This document shows, piece after piece, positions 1 through 13,556 of a stretch of 64,000 nt of DNA. The stretch lies in the NCBI GenBank assembly GCA_964106645.2, contig OZ067040.1; one strand, written 5' to 3'. The stretch is from Podarcis pityusensis. Lineage: Eukaryota. The first letter of the stretch is position 1. Each line of letters starts with the position of its first letter. Under the pieces are notes generated by a model. That model was given only the letters and a program-made list of their open reading frames with translations, had not been told where the DNA came from and did no database searches. Both the position numbers and the translations under genes were made by a program.

Positions 1-910
1 CTTCTACCCCAGCATCCTCCTTCTCACAGCAGCCAGCCTCAGGGAGCTCATGATTAATGTGTGAAGGCAACAGCCTGTACCCAGTATCTGTTGTTCAAAG
101 GAAACTGCTTCTGAACATGGAGTTTACAATAGCCATGGAAAGCCCTGTCCTCAATCACCAGTAGTAGAGATTGATTCACACCACGTATTTAAAGTGCTTT
201 TATGCCATTTTAGCAGCCACGGCTCCTCTTCCCCAAGGATTCCTGGTTTGTTAAGGGTGCTAAAAGGTGTTACAAGACACGTCACTGAGCCATAATTCCC
301 AGCACCCTTAACAAACCACATTTCCCATGATTATTTGTGGGGGGAGCTGTGAAGTGGTGTAAGAGTGCTTGCATGGTGACCTAACATAATTATGCTACAC
401 CAAGTGCTATCTTTTATACTGACAGTCAGTTTTATTCACTAATGTTATGAGTAAGTGCATACTAGTGAGCGAGTGACAACTGCTCCTCACATCTTGTCGC
501 CCACTCTCCACACCATTAATAATTTTATAAACCTCTATCATGCGCCCACATCCTTCTCTCCCGCCCCCTGCAAGGTGACTCACGCACGCACAAAAACTTT
601 AGTCTTTTCGCGCAGGTAAGCTGCTTCATCCCCTTGTTTGGATTGCCAGATAAACATCATGTCTTTTTTGAGATGGGGTGAGCAGAACTCTTTGCACAAC
701 ACCATCCCTCTGGTAGGAAACTCACGTGGTGAGTACTGGTAGAAATGGAGTCAAATCAGGGCCACTGAGAAACAGCAGGTTGCTATTGGCATGCTTGGGG
801 ACTCCTGAGGTTTTATAGTAAGCCCTTGCAAACTAAAGGGGATGGTGCATGCTCAGTGGCCACAGAATGCAGAGGGTTAGTTGGAAAAGAAAACCAGGAA
901 AACCAAGGTA

Positions 911-1100
911 GGGGAAGTGCCGTAGCTCAGTGGTAGAAGGTTCCCAGGTTCAATATCTGACATCTCCAGCAAGGACTAGGCAAGAACCCTGACTGTAAAA
1001 TCCTGGGGACCTGCTGCCAGTCAGAACAGACAACACTGAGATCGATAGACAAATGTTCTGACTCAGTATAAAGCAGCTTCCTATGTTCTCTATGTTCCTA
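911..1100 (+). mobile_element. tRNA-derived squamate SINE (Squam3-like)
   Basis: A-box tagctcagtggtaga, B-box ggttcaat, 3' end gcagcttcctatgttc. Related copies at ~3083-3145, 39765-39920 (-), 54770-54820 and 55474-55590. Confidence 0.7.
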
Positions 1101-1300
1101 ATGGCGTGCTGTAGGAGGGCATGACTGGTTGATTGGCTGGAGCCCCGAAAAAGGAACAGGCTTTTCCAGAGGTGAGGATACACTGCAACATATTTTGTTA
1201 CAGGTCCCACTTGACTACTAAAATTTATTTACAAAGATAATAATAGCATAACCCACAGCTGACAGGAAATGGGAACAAGGAGGACAGCTCTTTCATTTGG

Positions 1301-1302
<2 letters not shown>

Positions 1303-1377
<75 letters not shown>
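1303..1377. repeat. Compound (CT)n(CA)n microsatellite
   Basis: Directly visible. Confidence 0.95.
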
Positions 1378-1378
<1 letters not shown>

Positions 1379-1566
1379 CTACCTTTTTAAGTCCATCTAC
1401 ACAGGGAGTGATTCAATCTAGTGGAGTATCTCCTTGGCACAGCCTCTCGATTTACATTAATACATTGTGTAATTTCTTGGCTCACACTCTCCACAGTAAC
1501 ACTTGTTATTTCATACATGCTCGCTGCCCATGCTAACGTGTTTCTTATGCTTTATTGGCTCATCAG

Positions 1567-1748
1567 AAACCAGTGCACCGGAACCCTCTTTCAGAAATGG
1601 CCTGTCTGCATCCTTGAAGGTTACTGGGTGTCCACTAGAATCCGTACTGCCATTAACCGCCTCCTCTCCCGGTCTGGCTAAGGAAGGGGGCCAGCTCTCA
1701 AGTCCTTGCCTTTTGAAAGATGACGAGTGGAAGGAGAGCAATGGAAGG
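1567..1748 (+). CDS. TOGARAM2: TOGARAM2 (FAM179A) internal coding exon, first visible in the window
   Basis: catcag|AA acceptor and AGG|gtatgc donor. Encodes ETSAPEPSFRNG...LKDDEWKESNGR and ends in phase 0, matching the next exon. Weak similarity to the human segment before IQVTISKS (recalled). Confidence 0.7.
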
Positions 1749-3157
1749 GTATGCGCCTTCTATCCCCTTTCTAGCTCTAATGAGGGCACGTTGGTGCGGT
1801 GATGTGTATTTAACTAAGCCAAGGGAAAGGTGTGGTAAGTTAGCAAGCAGTAGCGAGGGTGACTGTGAGTGACATTTGATTATTGCTTTTTAAACGATGC
1901 CACTGCAGTTAAGCATGCAGGTTTGGAATTGTAGGGATCAGACCCATCCTTCAATGACTTGAATTGTCAGGTACCTGGGGATGTTTTCCAGTGAGAATCC
2001 CTCATCTGTAATCACCTTTAGGGCCGCACAGACTCATGCAACAGAGCTCCGCAAGCCTGATAAATTAAAACTCCTATTGCCAGTGACCCATGTGTGATAT
2101 CTCCATGACCCATTTACAATATTAAGCACCTGCCTGGAAGCGCTAAACTCCATCTAAATTATCTCATGGGATTCCTCATAGGATTAAAAGTGAGAACCCT
2201 GTGCACACTGCCCTGAGTTCTTTGGAGGAAGGGTGGGAAACAAATGTAGTAAACCAAAAGAATGCGCTGAAGGAAGATGTACAAATTGTATGCAGCTAGA
2301 AGAAATCAAGTGTGTTTTTATTGCATTAAGCTGATTTTGCAGAAAGAGCCTCGGAAACTTCTTTAATTTCTTGCATGTTTTCCTGCAGTGACAAAATGAT
2401 ACATAAACCTCAGAAGGGGCATTCAAAGTGAAGTTTAGGGATAAAGGAATTCATTAACGATTTCTGAGGATCTGGTCTCAAGTAATACTGCCCTTCTACA
2501 TTCCTGCTAATATAAATTGCTTGCCTTTTTTTACATAGCTCAAGCCAGATTCTTTTATCATCTGTTCAGAATAGTGCTTGCTAAAACTTTTCTCTTTCTT
2601 GGACTGAAAAAGCATTGGTTCAGCATTTTTTAAAATATCAGCCTGAAACTATATGTGAAATCAATTATATAAATAATATAAGGCCGCATGCCCTACTTTT
2701 TCTGAAAATTTCCTGCTTCTCATCTTATAGAATAGTCTCCAACCCCACCCCAAGTCTTCTGCCTAATATCTGCCTACACTTGTACTTTCTCTTTCAGCTG
2801 CATCCAACAAATTACAAGCAATCCTTGTTTTGTGCAGGGGTTCCATTTTGGACCCCCACAAGCATTGGCAGAGCATGCAGAAGCTGCCCCGTTCCACCCC
2901 TTTTCGTAATGTTTTGGGGCTACTTCCAGATTCAGTGCTGTGCGTGTGTGCATGATCCTAAGTCATTCAGATGCACCTAAACTGGGACTTGCCTGTAGAT
3001 GTTTTGTGGGAAATCTACAATCAGGTTCCCAATGCTGTTTCCTCCCTGCTAAATGCAGCTGGGGCTGGGGGGCAAACTACAAGGGGAAGAACTGTAGCTC
3101 AGTAGTAGAACATTTGATTTGCATGCAGAAGGTTCTGGGTTCAATTAATGACAATAC

Positions 3158-3553
3158 GAATGTGTGCAGCGGAGGGTGACCAAGATGGTCAAGGGTCTGG
3201 AAACCAAGCCTTATAAAGAATGGTTGAGAGTGTTGGGTATGTTTAGCCTGGATATGAGGAGACTGAGAGGAACTATGTGAGCCACCTTCAAATATCTGAA
3301 GGGCTGTCACATGGAAGATGGAGCAAACTTCTTTTCTCCTGCTCTGGAGGGTAGGACCTGTACCAATGGATTCAAATAACAAGAAAGGAGATTCCAACTA
3401 AACGCCAGGAAGGTTGTGGACTCTCCTTCCTTGGAGGTTTTTAAGCAGAGGTTGGATGGTCATCTGTCATGGATGCTTTAGCTAAGATGCCTGCATTGCA
3501 GGGGGTTGGACTAGATGACCCTTGTGGTCCCTTCCAATTCTACGATTCTATGA
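3158..3553 (+). mobile_element. CR1 LINE 3' fragment
   Basis: Degenerate [17 protein letters not shown]; 3' end ggttggactagatgacc...ccttcca...attctatga. Further CR1 tails at ~3806-3851, 39256-39330 and 41030-41201. Confidence 0.85.
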
Positions 3554-4807
3554 AGTCATGTGCTTTAAATGCCCCAGGTGACCTGTGTGCCTGCAATGCC
3601 TGCTGCTCAGGTGCTCACAGTTGATGGTCAACTTCAAGACCCCTGCTTCTCTTCCTTCATATGAGTCTTTATCTCCTAACAGGTACCCCATGTAGCTCTC
3701 GGTGGCTAAAACCAGCTTCAGGAAGGAGCTTTAAGTTGGGGGTGGAAGTATTTGGGGGAATGGAGGGGCAGCCACTTTTAAAGAAAGAAAAAAATGTGCG
3801 ATCTAATCTAGATGATCCTCAGGGTCCCTTCCAACTTTATGATTCTATGATCTTTGATCTTCTATGGACTAGCCAGGAGCTCATAAGGAGGGCATTATCT
3901 TTTTATTGGCCACATAGATGTCAAGCAAAGACATCTACTGAACACATCAGACATGCTTTTATTTTGACTATGTTTCCAGGTGAAACCCACAGCATTCCTA
4001 TGTACTCAATTTAAGTAGCTACACTGAAGATAAAACAAGAAAATTAGCACATCCTCCATTTTGATGAAATATTTATCTTACTTTCTAATAAATAAGGTTT
4101 CAAGAAAATGGATGAGTTCTGTTTGGGTTTGTGGAATCACATTACGCCAAGAGATTCCTCACTTGTGTGTAGAGTAGGGATGGAATTTTATGAAATTCTT
4201 GGTGTTGAGCTTATCTGTGCAATATTTTTTCCTGACTCCTGTCTTGCTCCTTGATCTTGATCAGAAGTGAGGGTTTTTTTTACTAGCTCCACTAAATAAT
4301 ACAAACAACGCTCACATATTATACACATTATTATAAATATAATATTACATGAATGTTTATATGTGTATACAGTCCAGGTTTCCTAAGGGAACCAACACAT
4401 AAACAGATAAATTCAACTACTGATATATCGTATCGAGAAACTTAAGTAAGAATACTTATACCATAATACAGCAAAAATCCAGTCTTGCATGAGGCTTGAC
4501 TCTTTTATGCATGTTATATATACACAATATATACATATTTTTGTTTATAAATTTAAATATAATTTTGTGTATAAATATGCAGGCTTTTTAGAAAAAGGAA
4601 AAGAAAAAGATAATGTGCAAGCAGCTCAGACATAAGCAAATGCTCAGTGTAAGAGGTGGTCCTTTGTGGTCAAAGATTGATCAGGTTGGAAGCACCAAAT
4701 TCCATGTATAGATACGTTTAAAATAGAGTCCTCTTCCATCCCTAATGTAGAACAACACACGTGTCCCTTATTTTTCATGCACTGCGTTTTACTTTTGTTG
4801 TGTCCAG

Positions 4808-4964
4808 ATCCACGTGACCATATCAAAGTCGGCTCAGGAGAAAATGCGCCAGAAGCAGTTAAAGGAGATAGAGATTTTGCGCAAAGAAAGAGAAAAGGAA
4901 AGAGAGAGAGAGAAGGAAAGGCTGACAAAGTTCGAAGAGCATCTACAGAAAACTGCTCGTGAAG
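4808..4964 (+). CDS. TOGARAM2: TOGARAM2 coding exon
   Basis: tccag|ATC...GAAG|gtatgt; IHVTISKSAQEKMRQKQLKEIEILRKE..., resembling human [25 protein letters not shown]. Confidence 0.9.
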
Positions 4965-6151
4965 GTATGTGGCGACTTGAGAAATAAAAGGAGCTCGTTA
5001 TGCAGATTTCGTATGCATTTTGCATCACCCTGAATTTCATTTGCCTTCATTTAACGTGCCTTTCAGAGATCAGATGCACACTGTGTAAGTCAGGAGAAGA
5101 AGAAAAAGGTGACCTACAGGGTTGCTACCTTCCCCTGTCTATGACAGCTGCCTGAAAAGCTAACATCCCAGAGGCCCCCTTTGTGAGTGGAGGTTATGGA
5201 GGAGCATTCACATGTCTGCTCAGGAGTAAGTCCCACTGAGTTCAGTGGGGCTTATTCCCAGGGAAGTGTGGCTGTCTAGATGTTATTGGAAGACATCTCC
5301 CAGAACCCCTGACTGGGATGGCCGGGGTTGATGGGCGTTTGACTCTAAGAACCTCTGGAGCATCTATTTTCTCCATCCCTGGTGTATAGAGTGGCAGTCA
5401 TGTGAGCCTCCTCTGTCTTCCACTGCAGCCTGCAGTGATATAGTCTACATACAGACTTGCCTCCTCACCTCCTATGTGAGAACTGGGCCAATGCTGCAGC
5501 ACCGGGTGAACTCTGAAATGCTCCCACAACCCCGTTGTCTTTATTGAACATGACCCTTTTCTTAGGGAAAAGGTGAGATGTGTCCTTGTGTACTTTGGTA
5601 GACATGAACAATATTGGAATAATGCACTTATAATGCTGACCAATCTGTGACTTTGACACTTATACAGTGTATTTCATCAACGATTTCACTGCACTTCACA
5701 AAAGGTACACTTAAAAAGGGAGCTACCCTAGCAATGGAGAGACTGTCTAAGAAGGTAGCCTGTAATAATATTCTAGTTCCTGGACCATGTTGAATGGAGA
5801 TCTATTCTCATCACTATGAAACGCACCCATATTTCAGTATACCTGCAGCAATTACAGTCAAGCAACGCAGATGCTGTTCGCCAAAATTTATAATTTTATT
5901 AAATAAACTATAGCCTGGAGGAAATTTTCATGCGCAGGAAGCACTTAGCCATACAGTAAGAATTTCCCTGATTTAAACACCCTCCACACCCTTGAGATGT
6001 GATGCTTTTCAGATGAAATATCCAAGCTGTTACAATAGGAGTGCATATTTAAGATGGGGGAGGAGGAAGGTTTATGGCAGAGCTCCCTAAGTGATCTGAT
6101 TGCAACTGACATGCAGTGATTGTGCTGCAGTACAAACTCCACAAAGGTCTG

Positions 6152-6172
6152 CAGCAGCAGCAGCAGCAGCAG
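6152..6172. repeat. (CAG)7 microsatellite
   Basis: Directly visible. Confidence 0.9.
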
Positions 6173-6361
6173 AGAAAGTGGCAGAGTCAGCACTCTGCCG
6201 GAACAAGGCTCTGGTGCAAGGTCACTTGCTCTTGCTCTTTACTGTGGGTGGGAGATGGAGAATTGTCAGCCGCAGAGAGCTGGGTGTATGTGGTGGGGCT
6301 TTTCTTGCATATCGTTCTTCAAAGTCCCATAGTGCCTACTATTGCTACTGTTACAGCTGTA

Positions 6362-6725
6362 GGGACATGGGTGGTGCTGTGGTGCTGTGGTCTAAACCAC
6401 TGAGCCTCTTGGGCTTGCTGATCAGAAGGTTGGTGGTTCAAATCCCCGCAACAGGGTGTCCCAGCTCCTGCCAACCTAGCAGTTTGAAAGCATGCCTGTG
6501 CAAGTTGATAAATAGGTACTACTGTGGCGGGAAGGTAAACGGCTTTTCCGTGCACTCTGGCTTCTGTCCTGGTGTTCCATTGAGACAGAAGCGGTTTAGT
6601 CATGCTGGCCACATGACCTGAAAAGCTGTCTGTGGACAGACACAGGCTCCCTCGGTCTGAAAGTGAGATGAGTGCCCCAACCCCAGAGTCACCTTTGACT
6701 GGACTTAACAGTCCAGGGGTCCTTG
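6362..6725 (+). mobile_element. Sauria SINE
   Basis: gggacatgggtggtgctgtgg...taaaccactgagcc...gctggccacatgacc...ccaggggtcc; homologous to the other copies. Confidence 0.85.
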
Positions 6726-7139
6726 TACTATTACTGCTACTACTTCTATTAGTACTTGAGCTCCTTGGAGAAAAAGGTGGGTCATAAATGCAATTACTAT
6801 TACTATTATTATTTCTCCAAATTCGCAGAGCACACTTCACCATGTCAATATAATTCCAAGGTGGTTTCAAGCAATGCATTGAAATTATTATTTCTGTTCC
6901 AAACTTGTGGAGTGCCCTCCTTCTTAGAAGAAACATAATCCCCATCAAGTGATGTGTTGTGGTTTACAGAAATACATAAAAATACTATGAGGAAATAATA
7001 TATACAAATGTTAAAAACACTCAGTTAACAAAAAACAGAGCCACAGCAGGAGGCCATGCAACCTCTTGTTGGGGAGGCACACAAGAAGGGCATCAGATTA
7101 TGACAGTTAACTCCAAAAGCCTGAAAGACTAAAAAAGTA

Positions 7140-7398
7140 CCGTATTTTTTGCTCTATAAGACTCACTTTTTCCCTCCTAAAAAGTAAGGGGAAATGTGTG
7201 TGCATCTTATGGAGCGAATGCAGACTGCACAGCTATCCCAGAAGCCAGAACAGCAAGAGGGATTGCTGCTTTCACAGCACAGCGATCCCTCTTGCTGTTC
7301 TGGCTTCTGAGATTCAGAATATTTTTTTTCTTGTTTTCCCCCTTCAAAAACTAGGTGCGTCTTGTGGTCTGGTGCGTCTTATAGAGCGAAAAATACGG
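7140..7398. mobile_element. Tc2/pogo-like MITE (TIR CCGTATTTTT.GCTCTATAAGAC, TA TSD) with internal hairpin
   Basis: ta|CCGTATTTTTTGCTCTATAAGAC...GTCTTATAGAGCGAAAAATACGG|ta. Confidence 0.9.
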
Positions 7399-7678
7399 TA
7401 CTTACTTGCTGGTGGAAACCAATTGTAGCCTCCCCTGTCCAGGCTTTCAGGGGAATGAAGTTTAAACAGTGGGCTCCAGCTTCTCAGGATTTGCTTGGAG
7501 TCATGCTGCTATTCATACTGCTACCAGGTAAGCCCACCAGGGGCTCACCACCAGAGAAGGTGACCCACCTGAGTACACATTTTGCCTAGGCACCTCTCAA
7601 ACCTGGAACTGGCCCTATGTTTTTTCAGCTGCTAGTTCCCTTCACTCTCTGCTGACTTCCCTGAATTACTTTCTGCAG

Positions 7679-7843
7679 GTTCCGGGCCACTTAAAAGCAA
7701 CGGAACCACCCCTGTTGGCCTCAGTCTGAGCAATCCCTGCAGAGCTCCTGTTGGGACGTCCCTGAAGAAACGGGTGAACAGGCCCTCTCTGCCCAGCATC
7801 CCCGTCATCAACCATGACAGTAGCTTCCTCAGGCATGCTTCAG
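7679..7843 (+). CDS. TOGARAM2: TOGARAM2 coding exon
   Basis: ttctgcag|GT...CAG|gtgagg; ...RVNRPSLPSIPVINHDSSFLRHAS; phase 1 to phase 1. Confidence 0.9.
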
Positions 7844-9224
7844 GTGAGGCACAAAACAGGCTAGCAACAAATGCAGCTTTTATGGTTGTCAACAGCGCTG
7901 GATAGAAGTATCAGGCACAAGCAAGGGCTCCCCCATAACCACAATGCATACTGGAAAAATAAATGGGAAAAGAAACTTCTTGCTTCAAGTATTATTGGTA
8001 TAATCTCAGCCAAGCTGGCAATATCACTTTCCCCTTTCACTGGCGTTTTTCAGATCATCTTTTCTTGAAACATTTTTTTAAAAAATGAATGTTGTATTGA
8101 GTTTTTTCCAATATTACATAAAACAGAATAAAGAAATCACAAGCAACAAATACAGGACTGGCCCGCTTGTGGAGGATCATGCCTTGAAACTTCTTGGGTA
8201 GCTCAGAAGAACTTGGTGTGTAAGATTCCAACCGTGGACGATAAAATGAGGTGCAAAATTATAAAACAATCCGTGTTGCTGAACCAACATGCATTGGTTC
8301 GTGTTGCAAATATGGAAAACCGACAGGTTGCCTTAGGAACTCCCTATCTATTACACTACTACAAAAAGCCAACATCTTGATTGCAGCCGCTTTTCTATTT
8401 GCACCCCCTCATTGTTTGTGGCCCTTTCCTTTTGGGAGTGTGTAAGGCATGGCCGGAGAAATTCTTTCAGCACGAGGGCCACATTTGCTTCTGGGCTACC
8501 TTCCAAGGGCCACAAGAGAGTCTTCAGCAGGGCCAAAGTGAATGCAAAATTTGCCTTTGTACAGTGGACTGCTCCCCGTCTCTTCCATTTTTCCCATCTT
8601 CTACTGAGTCATCTGGTACTAAAGAAATAACTACCCTCTATTTATTTACTTCTGGAGTTCTCCCTGCTTCTCCTGCCCTTTCAAGGTCCCTGTGCAAATA
8701 GCATACGACTCAGCATTCTCCTCTGTCCATAGAAAGCTTTATAGTGATTATTATTGTTTTGCTTCGGCCTGCTGCTGTATCACCTTGTCTCGTGGAATGG
8801 TTTAGATTTTGCAGTCAAAGCAGGCTGCCAGGATGATTTGATATTAATGCTATGTCGGCACTTCAGTGGGTCCTCCTGGAAAGTTATACCTCTCTAAGAA
8901 CAGATATGGTATTGTGTGGTATAATTGTTAGGCGAACAACAAGCCCAAATGTGAGATGCCTCTTCAGTGTTGCAGATCAGCCAGATGTCACCAATAGGCC
9001 ATAGTGCAAAGGTGGGATGGTGCAGAGTGGGCTTCCATTGCCTGGTGCACCTCTGCCCCCACCAGAGAAGCCACTCATGGGACTCGGAGTAAATGGGATG
9101 TTCAGCCCAATACACACTTCGGTGAAAACGGTCTGTTCTCACTGCAGTCCTTTCAATGGAATGCAATTCAGATATGCATTTACAACTCCATGGGAACAGT
9201 AAAATGAAATATGACTCCTTATAA

Positions 9225-9458
<234 letters not shown>

Positions 9459-11594
9459 TAAGGAAAGAGAAAACTGTACCTTCCCCCTGTGCCTCATGCC
9501 ATAAAGTTAGGCGAGTGGCCTTGTGGCTGCATGAAGGCTACAGTATAAAGTGAGATTCAAATTCACTTCCTCTGGTTTCCAGACAGCACACACTCCATCT
9601 GTTTTTGTCTCATTCCTTCCCTCCCACAAACCCACAGAGGATACCAAATTGATGGTGGACTTTCACAAGCCCAGTTTGGGAAAACGGTGAGATTGTTTCA
9701 AAAGGTTGTGGGCAATGTCAAGGCAGCCCAACTTGGGCCTCCCTTCCTATTTTTTCACCCAGCCCCATTAAGCCCCACACCCTGAATTCAACTCCATGGA
9801 CGGTGTCCAGCTAAAAAGTTCTGCTAGGGAAACGAGGTGTAGCTGGAACTTCTCTGTCCTCCTTGTGCTGCCCCTAACCCTGTTCCAGGGTCTTCCCCAA
9901 TCCTTGGGAGCTGATCTATGGGTCTCGCAGGGGACATATGGGGAGAGGAGAGGGCAGGGAAATCCCATTGGGCAGCTGAAAGTCCTTGCTGTTGTGGAAC
10001 TGTTCAGTCAAATACTGTCCCACGAGCTTCTTATAGCTGACACCCCTGTGGAGTTGTCCTGCTTTGAGTGGCTTTCTCGACAGCATGAAATCTATGTGTG
10101 AGACAAGAGCAAAGCCAGCTTTTAGCTCTTGATTAGAATTTGGCTGCCAAGCAGCCACTTCCACTGAATAAACCTTTTTCAGAGACAGCTAACTGTAATT
10201 TCCCCTGATTTATCTGTACAGTACAATTTAGAGTACAGGACTTAGAAAACATGACCAAAAAGCCTTTTAAGACTTGAGTCTGGAATACGATAATAAGACC
10301 ACATCATTAGCCAATAAATTAAGACTCAATTGCCTCTGCTGTCAAGTTTTGGAGAGTGGCGTTAAGAGCATTGTCAAGTTCATTTAGATACAAAATAAAC
10401 ACCAAGGGGGCAAGAATACAATCTTGCCCAAGGCAGGTCCAAGAGATGTTGCTGCCTGAGGCAGAGTAGCACTAGTATTCCCACCTCATACACATTAAGC
10501 ACAAGGGCAGGTAAGGTATATTGGCACCTGAGGAAGAAACTCCCCAAAGCACCTCTCCTACTTGCAGGCAGTAAGTATCTAATAATAATTAAATAACAAT
10601 TAGTTGCCATTTTGTGACACCCCAAATCAGTTACCTCAGGTGGCTTCCCCACTTTGTCTAATAGTAGCGCTGGCCATGACCCTGCTTAACACCCCCAGAC
10701 ATTGTAATAATGCCAGTGAGTTGCACAATGTTACCACATTTAATTTGAAATGTGTCATTCCCATAGATAATCCTACTTTTTAAAATATACAACTTGATAA
10801 AAAGCCTTTCCTAACACACACCATTAGTTTTCTATGGAAATATAAAAGCTGTGCTTTCAAAAAGATGTGGAAGATTCAGTCTTCGTTGCCGCTGGACCTC
10901 ACAGTTAACATGATTTTTTTCTTTTTCATTGGATATATCTGCCAACCAGCGACAACAATTCACACGTCTCATGATGTGAGCCGTCGTCCACAAAGCTTAT
11001 GCTATAATCCATCTGTTAGTCTTTAAAGTGCTATGATATTGTTTCTTGTTGCTAAGAGTACAAACACATCTACCTTTCTGGCAGCTGTTGCTCTGGAATT
11101 TGTCACCTGTGCTCATTTTTGTCGCCAGATCACCTGCAGATGGTGCTGTTAATTCAGAAAGGCAGAGTTGTGAGGGATTATTGGCCTTAAAAAAAAAAAA
11201 GGGGGGGGGGGGACTCCACAAGCTTCACCTCTTGAGCCTCGCAAGAGAAAAACTTGCCATGCAGGTTTCAGCCCTTTCCAAGGATGGAGCCTATGATGTG
11301 GAACTAGTAAATCAATCACACTCTTTTATTCAGCTTAATTCATAGGAGATTCTGTCTAGCACACAGTGGAATGTATTTTCCCCCAATAGTAGTTTTAAAA
11401 CCATAGTGTATAAGAGCTTCTGTTAAAATTCAGCATCTTTGCTTTTCTGTATTCCCAATGTGTGGCTTCTGTGACACATCTCATTTTCAGACTCTTTTAC
11501 TGCAGTGAGAAATCCTGTTTCTGCAAAATGCCAGGCGAGACCAATAATTTCCCTTCTCTTCTCTCCCTCCATCTTTCTGATAATTGCCTCTCAG

Positions 11595-11700
11595 GCATCT
11601 GAAGGAGAAAGGACTCTTCAGCATCCGATGCTTGGCTACCTGCCATTCAGAAGTTCTCCAGTGTAGACTTCATGATGTTTCCTTGGCAGCCACAAAGGAG
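11595..11700 (+). CDS. TOGARAM2: TOGARAM2 coding exon (TOG domain)
   Basis: ctcag|G...GAG|gtggga; HLKEKGLFSIRCLATCHSEVLQCRLHDVSLAATKE. Confidence 0.93.
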
Positions 11701-12478
11701 GTGGGAAATGTGCATTTAACATATGTCCAATCTATCTTCTCTTGTGGCTTACCTGACACTTTCCAATCTGTTTTTATTTAGCCAATGGGTCTCTGAGCAG
11801 CTTTTATACCTGTCTATACCTATTGCTGCCCAATATGCTCCTTATCTCTACTGGAAAAATAAGCAATTAATAAGCTGTGTATAACCTGCACGGGGGAGGG
11901 GGGAATTCAGCACAAAATAAATCCATGCAAATTAATTAAATTTGCATGCATTTACTCACTTTCCACAAAGCTGTCTGCTTCTGAAACTTAAGCTTTCAGT
12001 GACTTTTTACTCTGTTTTAGCAAGGAGAATGGCAATAGAGTGAAAGAATAAAAGTTGAGTTAGTATCCATGGAAGAGCTGAGGTCCCACTTTCCTGTCCA
12101 CTGGGAGCCTGGCCCACTGAGTCACTTTAGAAGCCATCCTTGGATGCTTAATAGCTATCGTGACCTAGAAGGTCACTTAAAAAAAATTCCTAAGTTTCTC
12201 TGGATGTCTAGAGTGAAAGCCAGATAACGCAACCTGTAGTTAGCAATCTTCAGAGGCTTTTTTTCTGTCCACCCTGCACCATACTTCTGTAGGGGTGCTT
12301 CCCCATGGCTTTCTATTATCTGTTCAATGCTGCTGAGGCATGCAAGTTTTATCCAGAAAACGTCATCCTTATCAAAACACTGTCCCATATTATTTTCCCA
12401 TATAATTTACTGTTTCAATGGAAAATCCAATAAGTAAAAACAAAAAAGCAAAACCATCGAAACAGCAAATCTGAATTT

Positions 12479-12766
12479 CCATATTTTTCGCTCTATAAGA
12501 CGCACCCAGTTTTTAGAGGAGGAAAACAAGAAAGCAATGCAGAGCTTCTTGAGCAAAGAGGCAGGAGCACTCCGGCTGCGCTCAAGAGGCTTTACGTGGC
12601 TATCTCTGAAGCCAGGAGAGCAAGAGGGATCGGTACGCACCAATCCCTCTTGCTCTCCTGGCTTCAGCGATAGCTGCGCAGCCTACATTCGCTCCATAAG
12701 ACGCACACACATTTCCCCTTACTTTTTAGGAGGGGAAAAGTGCGTCTTATAGAGCGAAAAATACGG
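12479..12766. mobile_element. Tc2/pogo-like MITE, variant subfamily
   Basis: Same TIRs, with a different internal segment and hairpin variant. Confidence 0.85.
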
Positions 12767-13330
12767 TAAATGGAGGAAATATATGGGGTGGCCTTTTGAA
12801 GAGGACAGTCATCATGTGGACCTTCTGAGAAACTTGCATACATGAGCAATGCACTGATAATGCCTCTTGTGTGTCTGGATGGAGAATATAGAGATGTGTA
12901 TGCAGGAACTATCCTCCTATTGTACAAAGGTAAATTTTACAACCATTGCTTCAAGTACTTTTGCCTCTGGCCCCTCACATTACCGTCATGAGGCCCTTGG
13001 AAGGTTTTTCAGAAGGGAATGCAGCCTTGGGCTGAAAAAGTTTCCTCATTCCTGAGCTATGGCCTCTGCATCTGCAAATACTTGGATTCTGCCATCGTTT
13101 TATATAATAAATATATTTTATGTATACATGTAAGTGGCAAATATCTGTCTAAAATAAAGGAACGAAGAAGAAAGAGAAATGTACTTGGGTTCTTGTACTC
13201 AAATACCCGTGAAGCATGTCAGTTACTGAGGACCCAAATGTGTATACTCCACTTAAAGCAGTGATTAGGAAAGGACTAGGGCCTTTCTGATGTATATCGG
13301 AGGTGGATTGAAAGATACAGTTTAGTCATA

Positions 13331-13556
13331 AAGTGGTACCTCAGGTTACATATGCTTCAGGTTATAGACTCCGCTAACCGAGAAATAGTGCTTCAAGTTA
13401 ATAACTTTGCTTCAGGATGAGAACAGAAATTGTGTGGTGGCGGCACAGCAGCAGTGGGAGACCCCATTAGCTAAAGTGGTGCTTCAGGTTAAGAACAGTT
13501 TCAGGTTAAGAACGGACCTCCAGAACGAATTAAGTACTTAACCTGAGGTACCACTG
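13331..13556. mobile_element. Tigger/pogo-like MITE, same family, opposite orientation
   Basis: aagtggtacctcaggtta...taacctgaggtaccactg flanked by TA. Confidence 0.88.

Noticed and set aside
911-975. tRNA gene (also ~3083-3145 and ~55474-55540)
   Set aside because: These are degenerate tRNA-like heads of SINEs, with no complete cloverleaf.
6100-6948. Overlapping 173-aa and 209-aa ORFs with polyQ/polyA/polyS tracts
   Set aside because: They are built from a (CAG)n repeat and a Sauria SINE, with no exon phase fit.
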